A DNA stretch of 64,000 nt from Candidatus Bathyarchaeia archaeon (GTDB lineage: Archaea; Thermoproteota; Bathyarchaeia; Bathyarchaeales; DTEX01), in NCBI GenBank assembly GCA_038867895.1, contig JAWBXL010000003.1, forward strand, positions 9,474 through 73,473, in the 5' to 3' direction. Below, one piece after another: positions 55,092 to 64,000 of the stretch. The notes beneath the pieces were generated by a model. The model worked only from the letters and a program-made list of their open reading frames with translations, had not been told where the DNA came from and made no database searches. A program made the position numbers and the translations under genes. Each line of letters opens with the position of its first letter. The first letter of the stretch is position 1.

Positions 55092-56179
55092 TCCCGGTTC
55101 CGGGGCTTGAGTTTTTCGTGACTTTAATCGTCTACATAATGATTTTCCTAATAATAACCTTAAGCTATAATATGGCTTATGGGTATACCGGGATCCCGGA
55201 TTTTGGGCGGGCTATGGCCGCTGGCGCAGGCGGCTTCTTATGTGGATACCTTCCTGGAAGATTAATGTTTTATTTTCTTGGTTTTCAGGGCGACTACCTC
55301 GAGAACATCTACTTGGTTATAGATAAAATAAACACGATATTAAGCGAAAATCCCCTTCTATCTGTTGCACTATTGATTATAACCATACTTTTAGGAGCTA
55401 TTGCTGCTGGCGCTTTAGGGCTTTTGGCTTCATTACCCATTTTCCGTGGGATCCGGCTCTTCTATCTGGGCGTCACTCTCCTCGCAATTCAAATAGGCTT
55501 CAACACGATTGTATATCATTGGCCTCCTCTTCTTAGGGGAGAGCTCGGGGTTCCTGTTCCCGACCCCTATAAATGGCTAACGCGCTACAGTTCACCAGTG
55601 GTTTCGCCTGGAATATTACGTTTAATCGGGGTGATAGTTACCGCAGGAATAGTCTTACTGATCACGGCTTTCTATCTTATCTCGGTAAGCAGATCGCCTC
55701 TTGGTAGGGTTCTTAAAGCAATTAGGGATGACGAAACAAGCGTGGCAGCGCTTGGGAGGGATGTAAGAGGATTATATGCTAAAGTTATGATTGTCTCCTA
55801 CGCGTTAACAGGGGCAGCTGGGGCAATCTTCGCCTTCTATCAAGGCTATGTTGTTGGATTGCATTTTGATAGAGTGGAGTGGACATTCTGGCCAATCGCA
55901 ATGGTGATATTGGGAGGCCTAGCAAATTATAAAGGCACTATGGCGGGAACAATCTTCTTCATTACGCTGAAAAGGCTTATAATATTCTATAAGGCAAACC
56001 TTGAACCCATTTTACCCTTCTCTCCAATCTGGATAGAAAGTTTGCTACTGGGCTTGATTTTAATTTTAGCTCTAATTTATAGGCCACGGGGGCTTTTCCC
56101 AGAGAAACCTGAAATATCGCTTAGCAAGGAGGAAATTAAGAAAATAAAGGAGAAGGTGAAGAGAGAGAAATCGCGCTGA
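55088..56179 (+). CDS. livM: Branched-chain amino acid ABC permease (LivM-like)
   Basis: Polytopic membrane protein with RDDETSVAALG, the LivM-type conserved loop. Overlaps livH by 4 nt. Confidence 0.85.
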   Translation: MIPVPGLEFFVTLIVYIMIFLIITLSYNMAYGYTGIPDFGRAMAAGAGGFLCGYLPGRLMFYFLGFQGDYLENIYLVIDKINTILSENPLLSVALLIITILLGAIAAGALGLLASLPIFRGIRLFYLGVTLLAIQIGFNTIVYHWPPLLRGELGVPVPDPYKWLTRYSSPVVSPGILRLIGVIVTAGIVLLITAFYLISVSRSPLGRVLKAIRDDETSVAALGRDVRGLYAKVMIVSYALTGAAGAIFAFYQGYVVGLHFDRVEWTFWPIAMVILGGLANYKGTMAGTIFFITLKRLIIFYKANLEPILPFSPIWIESLLLGLILILALIYRPRGLFPEKPEISLSKEEIKKIKEKVKREKSR

Positions 56180-56240
56180 TCATTTAGGATCTTAAGGTAG
56201 ACTAAAACTTTTTTTATTCTTTTTCGTTTATTACTATTTT

Positions 56241-56918
56241 ATGCAGGGAACATTTGTAAATGCTATTGCGGTTGTCATTGGTAGTTTAATAGGACTGGCT
56301 TTGCGTGGCGGGTTTCCTGAGAAAATTAAAAATATTGTTTTTCAGGGTATAGGGGTTGTGACTCTTTTCATTGGTTTTCAAATGGCTATGAAAACCAACA
56401 ATCTAATCATATTATTTTTTAGTGTGCTTATCGGGGCCATTGTAGGTGAGCTTCTTAATATTGAGGGACATATTGAGGGTTTTGGGAACCTTATTAAATC
56501 AAAGTTTAGTTCTAGGGAGGATAAGTTTGTTGAGGGCTTCATAACTGCCTTTCTAATCTTCTGCATGGGCTCCATGACTATTATCGGCTCGATCGAGGAT
56601 GGCTTAAATGGGAACCCAAGTATCTTATACGCTAAATCTATGCTCGACTGTTTTGCGTCAATATCACTTGCCTCAGCATTGGGCGCAGGTGTCCTCTTCT
56701 CAGCCATACCACTACTATTGTATCAGGGTGGAATAACAATGCTAGCCTCTCTCTCAAAAGATTTTTTCACTAGAGCTGTAATAAATGAGCTCAGCGCCGC
56801 TGGCGGCATAATACTGATCGGGCTGGGAATAAACATTTTAGAGATAAAGAGGATAAGAGTGGCAAACCTTCTTCCATCGCTAATCATATCGGCGGTGTTA
56901 GCCTACTTTGTTGTTTAA
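56241..56918 (+). CDS. DUF554-family membrane protein
   Basis: MQGTFVNAIAVVIGSLIGL N-terminus and the overall pattern typical of DUF554. Confidence 0.75.
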   Translation: MQGTFVNAIAVVIGSLIGLALRGGFPEKIKNIVFQGIGVVTLFIGFQMAMKTNNLIILFFSVLIGAIVGELLNIEGHIEGFGNLIKSKFSSREDKFVEGFITAFLIFCMGSMTIIGSIEDGLNGNPSILYAKSMLDCFASISLASALGAGVLFSAIPLLLYQGGITMLASLSKDFFTRAVINELSAAGGIILIGLGINILEIKRIRVANLLPSLIISAVLAYFVV

Positions 56919-56940
56919 ACTATAGTTACGAGGATAAAAA

Positions 56941-57855
56941 ATGTTTGACTTGGTTACTATAGGTCACTTCTCGATAGATTTTATTCTTCCTTTAGGCGGG
57001 ATAAAACCGAAAAGGAGACTTGGTGGATCGCCAACATACACGTCTATATCCGCTAAAAAAATTGGCGCGTTGGTATCAGTTGTATCTAAGGTTGGCTGGG
57101 ATTTCCCAGAAACTTATTTGAGATGGCTTATGAGGAAAGGCGTGGATTTAAGCCACCTTAGGATTGATAAAACATCCAAAACGACAAGTTTTCTGATAAA
57201 ATATGGGGCGGATGAAGAAAGAGACATGTTTCTCAAGAGTAGAGCCCCGCCGATATCCGCTGAGGATGTAGAAGGCTTGGAGACTAAGGTAGCTCATATA
57301 TCTCCAATAGCCAATGAAGTGTCTATAACCCTGATAGAAGAGGTTGCCAAAATGACCTCCATAGTCTCGCTTGACCCTCAGGGCCTATTGAGACAATTTG
57401 ACAGGGATGGTAAAGTTTTTCTGCATGGAATAAGCGACTTATCTTTTCTCAAGCATGTTAATGTTCTTAAGGCCTCGGAAGGAGAGCTAAAATCTCTGAC
57501 CGGATTAAGCGACGTGCTTAGGTCTCTGGAGAAAATTAGGGGGCTTGGTGTTGAGGTGGCCATAGCCACTGCTGGTTTGAGAGGAGCTTTCATATACTTT
57601 AACAATGGGGTCTTCTATATTCCAGCAGCCCAGCCTAAAAAATTTGTTGATCCGACGGGTGCGGGTGACTCGTTTATTGGCGGCTTCCTAGCCGAATATG
57701 TTAGAGGAGAAGACATATTATGGTGCGCCTCCATCGGATCCTCAGTAGCATCATATGTGGTTGAAGAGGTCGGGCCAAAAGGATTTAAAGGAAAAAGGAA
57801 AGTTTATGAGAGGGCGGAATGGGTTTATGAAAGAATTGTCAGAATTGGCGCATAA
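56941..57855 (+). CDS. PfkB-family carbohydrate/nucleoside kinase
   Basis: Ribokinase-fold C-terminal motif DPTGAGDSFIGGF. Confidence 0.85.
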   Translation: MFDLVTIGHFSIDFILPLGGIKPKRRLGGSPTYTSISAKKIGALVSVVSKVGWDFPETYLRWLMRKGVDLSHLRIDKTSKTTSFLIKYGADEERDMFLKSRAPPISAEDVEGLETKVAHISPIANEVSITLIEEVAKMTSIVSLDPQGLLRQFDRDGKVFLHGISDLSFLKHVNVLKASEGELKSLTGLSDVLRSLEKIRGLGVEVAIATAGLRGAFIYFNNGVFYIPAAQPKKFVDPTGAGDSFIGGFLAEYVRGEDILWCASIGSSVASYVVEEVGPKGFKGKRKVYERAEWVYERIVRIGA

Positions 57856-57904
57856 GTACATAGGCAATTAAATTTAAGGGGCGTGTTAACGCGAGGTTAA
57901 GTGT

Positions 57905-58114
57905 ATGGGTAAGATTTCAAAGGGCGTCAAATGTAGTGTGGAAGGATGCGGTAAAGAGGCTGTTAGATCCCTGGATGCCGAAAAGGCTAGGGCCTCCGGC
58001 CTAAAAATTGTTGAGGGTAGAAGAGCATACTTATGCAGGGATCATTATAAGGAATATAAGAGGGCGTCAAAGAAGAATAAAGTCATCGAGAAGTGGCGTA
58101 AATTTATTCCCTAG
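57905..58114 (+). CDS. Small basic Cys/His protein (hypothetical)
   Basis: 69 aa with CSVEGC...CRDH, a possible zinc site. No family recognised. Confidence 0.35.
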   Translation: MGKISKGVKCSVEGCGKEAVRSLDAEKARASGLKIVEGRRAYLCRDHYKEYKRASKKNKVIEKWRKFIP

Positions 58115-58202
58115 TTAGCTGAAGGGCATCTTCCCTTCAAAAGATTATTATTTTTGAAAGTATAATCACCTTATTGATTGCTCAGCGGGTAGTGAGTGGT
58201 CC

Positions 58203-60077
58203 TTGAAGATCCTGCAGCTCCACTCAAATTTTATTGAGTTCCGCCCGGTCAAGAAGGAAATAGCGATGGCTGAGGATGTTGAGCCCAGGGCATATCGGCT
58301 GGAGGAAGTAGTAGTCCTCTTTACATGTGTTGAGAGGGGAGATGCTTCTGAAACCGCCTATAGAGCCATAGATGAGGTTAAAGATTTCCTGGATAAAGTA
58401 AAGGTGAATCGCATATTAATTTATCCATACGCTCATTTAAGCGCGGATCTAGCAAATCCATCAGAGGCCATTAAGATCTTAAGGGAGATGGAATCCCATG
58501 CAAGGGAGTTGGGCATAGAAGTTCATAGGGCACCCTTCGGATGGTGCAAGGAATTCTCGATCTCGGTAAAGGGGCACCCTCTGGCAGAACAGTTTAAGTC
58601 AATATCAGCGGAGGGGGAAGCTGCTAAGGAAGAAATAGTCTCTAGGGCCCTAGAGGCTGAGGAGAAAATCAAGTCCTATTGGTTTATCCTTAAGCCAGAC
58701 GGAGAAATGATCCCGGTTGAAAATTTTGATTTCACCGGATATGAAAATTTGAGGAAGTTTGCTGCCTATGAGATGGCGAAGTCCAGGGCTGTTCACCAGC
58801 AGCCCCCACATACATTGTTGATGAAGAGGCTTGAGCTGGCTGATTATGAGGATGCTAGTGATCCGGGCAATTTCAGATGGTATCCAAAGGGAGAGCTTAT
58901 AAAATCTCTTATAGAGGAGTTTGTGACAGAGAAGGTTATAGCGTACGGCGCATTGAAGGTTGAGACCCCGGTTATGTACGATATTAATCATCCAGCCCTA
59001 GCAAGTTACCTCCATAGGTTCCCAGCCCGCCAATATATAGTTAAATCAGAGGATAAGGAGCTATTCCTTCGCTTCAGCGCATGCTTTGGCCAGTTTCTCA
59101 TGCTTAGCGACGCACAGTTATCCTATAAGCATCTGCCACTAAAAATCTATGAGCTAACGCACTATAGTTTTAGGAGGGAGAAGAGCGGTGAGCTTGCTGG
59201 GTTAAGGAGACTTAGGGCTTTCACTATGCCGGATTGCCATGCATTATGCGCTGATATTGATCAGGCTAAGGAGGAGGCTGTAAGGAGACTTAGGTTGAGC
59301 ATGGAGGTTCTTGAGGGGATCGGGTTGACGCGTGACGACTATGAGATGGCTATAAGATTCACAAAAGATTTTTATGAGTCGAACAGGGACTTCATTATTT
59401 CACTTGTAGAAATTTTTGGTAAACCAGCTTTGGTTGAAATGTGGGAGGAACGTTTCTTCTACTTTATCCTGAAATGGGAGTTCAATTTTATTGACAACCT
59501 AGATAAGGCTTCAGCCCTATCAACAGACCAGATAGATGTGGAGAATGCTGAGAGGTATGGAATATATTACGTGGATGAGAGGGGGGCGAAGAGGACACCG
59601 CTAATTCTGCATTGCTCGCCGAGCGGCGCCATTGAGAGGGATATATATGCCCTTCTGGAAAAGGCGTATAAAATTCACAAGGATGGTGGCGTGCCTATGC
59701 TGCCTCTATGGCTCTCGCCCACTCAAGTTAGGATTATACCGGTAAGCGAGAACTTCTATCGAGAGACTGAAAAGATCATGGAGGAGATTGCGAAACATAA
59801 TATTAGAGTTGACTGGGATGATAGGCAGCTGACGATGCAGAAGAAGATCCGGGAGGCTGAGATGGAGTGGATACCATATATAGTTGTTATTGGTAGGGAA
59901 GAGGTTTCATCCGGTCTACTGGCCGTTAGAGATAGGCGCTTAAGAGGGGAGCGGAAGATGAGAAAGATGCGCTTAGAGGATCTCATAAACGAGATAAAGA
60001 GAGAGACATGGGGGAAACCATTTAAGCCGCTAACTCTGCCAGTAGCCCTATCAAAGAGGCCGCGCTTCTATGGATAA
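58203..60077 (+). CDS. thrS: Threonyl-tRNA synthetase with archaeal-type N-terminal editing domain
   Basis: MKILQLHSNFIEF matches the archaeal editing-domain N-terminus. Class II core motifs (FRREKSGELAGLRRLRAFTMPD, STDQ) and an anticodon-binding C-terminus follow. Confidence 0.93.
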   Translation: MKILQLHSNFIEFRPVKKEIAMAEDVEPRAYRLEEVVVLFTCVERGDASETAYRAIDEVKDFLDKVKVNRILIYPYAHLSADLANPSEAIKILREMESHARELGIEVHRAPFGWCKEFSISVKGHPLAEQFKSISAEGEAAKEEIVSRALEAEEKIKSYWFILKPDGEMIPVENFDFTGYENLRKFAAYEMAKSRAVHQQPPHTLLMKRLELADYEDASDPGNFRWYPKGELIKSLIEEFVTEKVIAYGALKVETPVMYDINHPALASYLHRFPARQYIVKSEDKELFLRFSACFGQFLMLSDAQLSYKHLPLKIYELTHYSFRREKSGELAGLRRLRAFTMPDCHALCADIDQAKEEAVRRLRLSMEVLEGIGLTRDDYEMAIRFTKDFYESNRDFIISLVEIFGKPALVEMWEERFFYFILKWEFNFIDNLDKASALSTDQIDVENAERYGIYYVDERGAKRTPLILHCSPSGAIERDIYALLEKAYKIHKDGGVPMLPLWLSPTQVRIIPVSENFYRETEKIMEEIAKHNIRVDWDDRQLTMQKKIREAEMEWIPYIVVIGREEVSSGLLAVRDRRLRGERKMRKMRLEDLINEIKRETWGKPFKPLTLPVALSKRPRFYG

Positions 60078-60172
60078 AAAATATCGCCCTTTACCAGGAG
60101 AATTTTTAAGGCACTTATGTAAAATTCTTTATACTCTGAATATATATCACGGAATCAATGGAGATGACGTGA

Positions 60173-61069
60173 ATGGTGGAGCGAGACCTCCTAGTATATA
60201 TTGATGGCAAATACTATCCAAGGGATGAGGCGAAAATATCCGTTTTCGACCATGGTTTCCTTTACGGAGACGGGGTCTTCGAGGGTATACGCGCCTATAA
60301 CGGCGTAGTCTTTAAGCTTAGGGAGCATATTGACCGGCTATATGAGTCAGCGCACGCAATAATGCTAGATATACCCATGACTAAGGAGGAGATGATAAAT
60401 GCTGTTCTAGAGACTTTAAGAAGGAATAATTTGCGTGACGCCTATATTCGGCTGGTTGTCACTAGGGGGGTAGGCGACCTCGGCTTGGATCCGAAGAGAT
60501 GCTCTAAGCCATCAGTCATAATAATAACCGTGCCCATTCTGAAACTTTATGATGAGAAGAAGCGTAGGGAGGGCATAAACGTAATAATATCCTGGGTTAG
60601 AAGAGATCCAGTTGACACAACATCCCATGAAATAAAATCTTTGAATTACCTTAATAGTATATTGGCTAAGATTGAAGCTAATAATGTTGGGGCAGACGAG
60701 GCAATAATCTTAGATAAGAATGGTTTTGTCTGTGAAGCTACCGGCGAGAATATATTCATAGTTAAGGACGGAAAAATTTATACTCCCCCAAGATCCAGTG
60801 GAGCCTTGCCGGGAATAACTGCGAGTGTCGTTAAGAAGATAGCCGCTAAACTTGGGTACGAGGTTATCGAGAAAAACATTACTGTCACAGAACTATTTTG
60901 TGCTAGTGAAGCATTTTTAACTGGGACAGGCGCTGAGATCATGCCGATTAAAGAGATTAATAGGCGAAGAATAGGCGTTGGAGGAATGGGTCCAATAACT
61001 GAAAGAATATGGAAGGAGTTTATGAAGGTTGTTCAGGAGCCATTTGAAGGAGTACCAATTTATCAGTAA
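60173..61069 (+). CDS. ilvE: Branched-chain amino acid aminotransferase
   Basis: Fold-type IV PLP enzyme pattern: FDHGFLYGDGVFEGIRAY, IKSLNYLN, GENIF and PGITA. Confidence 0.9.
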   Translation: MVERDLLVYIDGKYYPRDEAKISVFDHGFLYGDGVFEGIRAYNGVVFKLREHIDRLYESAHAIMLDIPMTKEEMINAVLETLRRNNLRDAYIRLVVTRGVGDLGLDPKRCSKPSVIIITVPILKLYDEKKRREGINVIISWVRRDPVDTTSHEIKSLNYLNSILAKIEANNVGADEAIILDKNGFVCEATGENIFIVKDGKIYTPPRSSGALPGITASVVKKIAAKLGYEVIEKNITVTELFCASEAFLTGTGAEIMPIKEINRRRIGVGGMGPITERIWKEFMKVVQEPFEGVPIYQ

Positions 61070-61091
61070 GCTTCATCCCGGGTTATCTGGA

Positions 61092-61313
61092 TTAAATAAC
61101 CACCACTTCTTTTATTTGTGGTGCCTTTGATCTTAGGTATCTTTCAACACCATATCGTATAGTCATCATGGAGAAGGGGCAGCCGGCGCATGCCCCCTTA
61201 AGCCTTATCTTAACAACACCATCGTCTGTAACATCAATTAGCTCTATATCTCCTCCATCGGCCCTTAACATCGGTCTTATCTCCTCTATCGCCTTTTCAA
61301 CCTCGTCCCTCAT
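61092..61313 (-). CDS. NifU C-terminal-domain-like Fe-S assembly protein
   Basis: IRPMLRADGGDIELIDV...KGACAGCP motif. Confidence 0.85.
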   Translation of the reverse strand: MRDEVEKAIEEIRPMLRADGGDIELIDVTDDGVVKIRLKGACAGCPFSMMTIRYGVERYLRSKAPQIKEVVVI

Positions 61314-61419
61314 TTCTCATCACTTACATAACCATGTTATCTCTAATATATTTAAGTCTTCCTCAAAAGCTTAATTAATGCTTGATTAGTTGCTGATACT
61401 GGTGATCGACGTGGTAAGG

Positions 61420-62268
61420 ATGTTTTTCTGGAAAATGCATGGTCTTGGAAACGACTATATTCTCGTAGATAATAGGGCTGAAAAAATAGATGATAATATA
61501 CTGTGTTCTTTGGCTCAGAGACTTTGTAGAAGGAGGTTTTCTATCGGCGCTGATGGCATACTTCTCCTTTATAATTCTAGTGTCGCCGATGTTAAGATGA
61601 GAATATTTAATGCTGATGGAAGTGAGGCTGAAATGTGCGGTAACGGCATAAGGTGCTTAGCAAAATACTGCTATGAAAATGGTATTATAAGTAAAAGCGA
61701 GTTGAACATAGAGACCTTGGCAGGCGTTAAGAAGGTTTGGCTTCATATCGCTGGCGGAAAAGTATTGTCTGTAACGGTTGATATGGGGAGCCCAATATTT
61801 GATAGGGGGAAGATACCAGTATTGGGTGAAGGCAAATTTATAGGTGAGGAGCTTAATGTCGATGGTGAGAGGTTTAGGGCGACATGTCTCTCTGTCGGCA
61901 ACCCACACTGCGTAATTTTTGTTAGAAATGTCGAAGATCTTCCAGTAGAATATTACGGGCCGAAGATAGAGCGACACAATCTTTTCCCAAAAAGAATTAA
62001 CGTTGAGTTCGTCCAGATTATGAGGCCTGACTTAATTAAGGTTAGAGTTTGGGAGAGAGGCGTTGGAGAAACGCTTGCATGCGGCACAGGAGCCTGCGCA
62101 AGCGTTATAGCCGGAAGGGTTCTCGGCTTACTAAATAGTGAATGTATAGTCCACCTTCCGGGCGGGGAGCTAAAAATAAAATATGATGAAGTAAATAATA
62201 AAATATTTTTGAGTGGACCCGCTGAAAAAGTTTATGAAGGTGTAATTGAGCTGGAGGGCTTTGCTTGA
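61420..62268 (+). CDS. dapF: Diaminopimelate epimerase
   Basis: FWKMHGLGNDYILVD, the first catalytic Cys in MCGNGIRC, SVGNPH, and the second Cys in TLACGTGACA. Confidence 0.9.
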   Translation: MFFWKMHGLGNDYILVDNRAEKIDDNILCSLAQRLCRRRFSIGADGILLLYNSSVADVKMRIFNADGSEAEMCGNGIRCLAKYCYENGIISKSELNIETLAGVKKVWLHIAGGKVLSVTVDMGSPIFDRGKIPVLGEGKFIGEELNVDGERFRATCLSVGNPHCVIFVRNVEDLPVEYYGPKIERHNLFPKRINVEFVQIMRPDLIKVRVWERGVGETLACGTGACASVIAGRVLGLLNSECIVHLPGGELKIKYDEVNNKIFLSGPAEKVYEGVIELEGFA

Positions 62269-63434
62269 GGTTCCAGCTGGCTGATAGGGTTAAAAGGCTT
62301 CCACCATATCTTTTTGCTGAGCTTGAAAAGATAATAATTGAGAAGCGGAAGCAGGGCATTGACATAATATCTTTAAGCATAGGCGACCCAGACCTCCCAC
62401 CCCCACCTTTTGTCCTAGAGGCGCTTAGGGAAGAGGGCTCCAACCCAAAGAACCATAACTACTCCTTTAGCCAAGGAGAACCATTCTTCCGTGAGGCTGT
62501 CGCAGAATGGTATAAGAAGCGTTTTGGCGTGGATTTAGATCCCCAGAAAGAAGTTATAGCGTTAATAGGCTCGAAGGAGGGTCTGGCAAACTTTGCTAGG
62601 GCCTTCGTTAATCCCGGAGATAGGGTTCTTGTTCCAGATCCGGCATACCCAGTTTACGCTAATGGTGCCACGCTATTAAACGATGGGGTTCCAGTTTCAA
62701 TGCCCCTCTTAGAAGAGAATAACTTTAAGCCGGATTTAGAATTGCTTGGCATTGACGGCATAAAAATGATGTACCTGAATTATCCAAATAACCCGACTGG
62801 AAGCGTTATGACTAAGGATGATCTAAAGGCTATAGTTGACTTGGCTAGAGAAAAGAACGTGATAGTATGTTATGATAATGCGTATTCCGAGATAACGTTT
62901 GATGGTTACAGGGCGCCGAGTATACTTGAGGTTGATGGTGCAATGGATATTGCTATAGAATTCCATTCATGCTCCAAAACATTTAATATGACTGGTGATA
63001 GAATAGGCTTCGCTGTGGGAAATAGTGAGCTGATAGAGGGTCTTGTGAAAGTTAAGTCTCAGATAGACTCCGGGCCGCCAGTATATATACAAAAGGTTGC
63101 CGCAAGGGCTCTGCAAAGCTACGTTAACGGCGAGCCTCCGGAGTATGTGAAATGGATGAATAGAGTTTACATGGAGAGGAGAGATATATTAATCAGGGGT
63201 CTAAGGGAGACCGGCCTTGACGTCAGAAAGCCCTTAGCAACATTCTATGTTTGGGCGAAGTGTACTGGGGGCTCCATGAGGTTCGCCTCAAAGCTTCTTG
63301 AGGTTGGCGTAGTTGTCTCCCCCGGGATAGGATTTGGAAAATATGGGGAGAACTATGTAAGATTCTCTATAACTCAACCAAAAGAGCGTATAGGAGAGGC
63401 ATGTGAGAGAATCAAAAAGGCATTGTCACTATAG
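62265..63434 (+). CDS. dapL: Class I/II aminotransferase, likely LL-diaminopimelate aminotransferase
   Basis: PLP-lysine region SCSKTFNMTGDRIGF and NYPNNPTG. 4-nt overlap with dapF. Confidence 0.75.
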   Translation: MRFQLADRVKRLPPYLFAELEKIIIEKRKQGIDIISLSIGDPDLPPPPFVLEALREEGSNPKNHNYSFSQGEPFFREAVAEWYKKRFGVDLDPQKEVIALIGSKEGLANFARAFVNPGDRVLVPDPAYPVYANGATLLNDGVPVSMPLLEENNFKPDLELLGIDGIKMMYLNYPNNPTGSVMTKDDLKAIVDLAREKNVIVCYDNAYSEITFDGYRAPSILEVDGAMDIAIEFHSCSKTFNMTGDRIGFAVGNSELIEGLVKVKSQIDSGPPVYIQKVAARALQSYVNGEPPEYVKWMNRVYMERRDILIRGLRETGLDVRKPLATFYVWAKCTGGSMRFASKLLEVGVVVSPGIGFGKYGENYVRFSITQPKERIGEACERIKKALSL

Positions 63435-63552
63435 GTTTCCAGTTTCAGACAAAGTATTTATCAACCCAATTTTTCTTTCAAGAAAATTTTTAATTTTTCC
63501 AATATAATTATATTCTAGTCCAGTAACCTAGTTTCCTTTTGGATGATGGGTC

Positions 63553-64000
63553 TTGCAGAAATATGATGTGATAATTGTTGGAGCAGGTCCGGCCGGAATA
63601 TTCTCGGCCCTTGAGCTCGCGAATAACACTGATCTTAAAATCCTTATGCTTGAGAAGGGATCTGATATTGATAAACGTAGATGCCCGGCGAATAGAGGTC
63701 TCGGATGCGTAAAATGTGAGCCCTGTTCGTTGCTATCCGGGTGGGGAGGCGCAGGAGCATTCAGCGATGGAAAACTCACCTTATCTACATCTGTTGGCGG
63801 TTGGCTAAGCGAGTATGTTGGCGAAGAAAGACTTGTAAAGCTGATCAACTATGTTGATGGAGTGTATGTTAAGTATGGCGGGTCGCAGAGGGTTTATGGC
63901 GAAGATGTTGATGTGATTGAGAGGATTGAGAGGAAGGCTTCTCTTGCAGGCTTAATCTTGGTTAAGCAGAAGATTAGGCATCTTGGGACGGAGAAGTGCG
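63553..64000 (+). CDS. FAD-dependent oxidoreductase (COG2509-like), C-terminus cut by window edge
   Basis: My translation gives (M)QKYDVIIVGAGPAGIFSALEL...GWGGAGAFSDGKL. Absent from the ORF track because it runs off the right edge. The 63528..63848 minus ORF is its shadow. The start (TTG 63553 or GTG 63568) is uncertain. Confidence 0.7.
   Translation, partial: MQKYDVIIVGAGPAGIFSALELANNTDLKILMLEKGSDIDKRRCPANRGLGCVKCEPCSLLSGWGGAGAFSDGKLTLSTSVGGWLSEYVGEERLVKLINYVDGVYVKYGGSQRVYGEDVDVIERIERKASLAGLILVKQKIRHLGTEKC

Noticed and set aside
63528-63848. 106-aa minus-strand ORF near the right edge
   Set aside because: The plus strand encodes an FAD-binding protein (VIIVGAGPAGIFSA...) that runs off the window, so the minus ORF is its shadow.
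1-64000. Scan for CRISPR arrays, tRNA/rRNA genes and transposases
   Set aside because: I noticed no regularly spaced direct repeats, no cloverleaf-compatible intergenic segments, no rRNA-like stretches and no DDE/IS-like ORFs. Intergenic regions outside 40.8-41.4 kb are short and promoter-like.

Overview
This is an archaeal chromosomal core region, almost entirely coding and syntenic with conserved archaeal superoperons. Recognisable genes, in order:
- Left end to 17 kb: pheS (cut by the left edge), fen1, moeA, aIF1A-rio1-KH(Dim2), top6B-top6A, an EndoQ-like PHP nuclease, a Nox/CoADR-type flavoprotein with gcvH, a DUF460 protein and rio2.
- 17-27 kb: secE-spt5-L11-L1-P0, archaeal dtdA, and S13-S4-S11-rpoD-L18e-L13-S9-rpoN-eno-S2.
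- 27-38 kb: Memo-like-mvk-IPK-idi2-GGPPS, gltX, L7Ae-S28e-L24e, a minus-strand run hypA-mrp-ZnF-moaD-moaE, and hypE.
- 44-64 kb: family B DNA polymerase, Nudix, tpiA, DUF89, a CDP-alcohol phosphatidyltransferase, eS26, a Liv-type ABC transporter, DUF554, a PfkB kinase, thrS, ilvE, a NifU-like protein, dapF-dapL, and an FAD oxidoreductase cut by the right edge.

eS26, eL18, eS28, eL24, topoisomerase VI, DTD2 and IPK mark an archaeon. eS26 suggests a TACK/Thermoproteota-related lineage; that placement is inference. I saw no rRNA, tRNA, CRISPR array or intact transposase.

The one clearly non-core stretch is about 39.96-43.66 kb. It holds a DUF5131 (Gp37/Gp68-like) gene and a 0.5 kb non-coding tract with two C/D-box-like sRNA candidates, one embedded in a 166-nt inverted duplication. 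It also holds several unrecognisable small ORFs with reading-frame breaks, and an ABC-type ATPase fused to a GNAT domain whose P-loop is degenerate and whose N-terminus lies in another frame.

Other points worth a second look:
- A K-loop-like motif in the L7Ae leader.
- A frame-broken archaellin/pilin-like leader ORF.
- An eight-Cys zinc finger protein next to a GG-ending ubiquitin-like gene.
- A P0 protein with no acidic tail and no L12 gene downstream.

All functional calls come from reading the translations and recalling family motifs. No database search was run.
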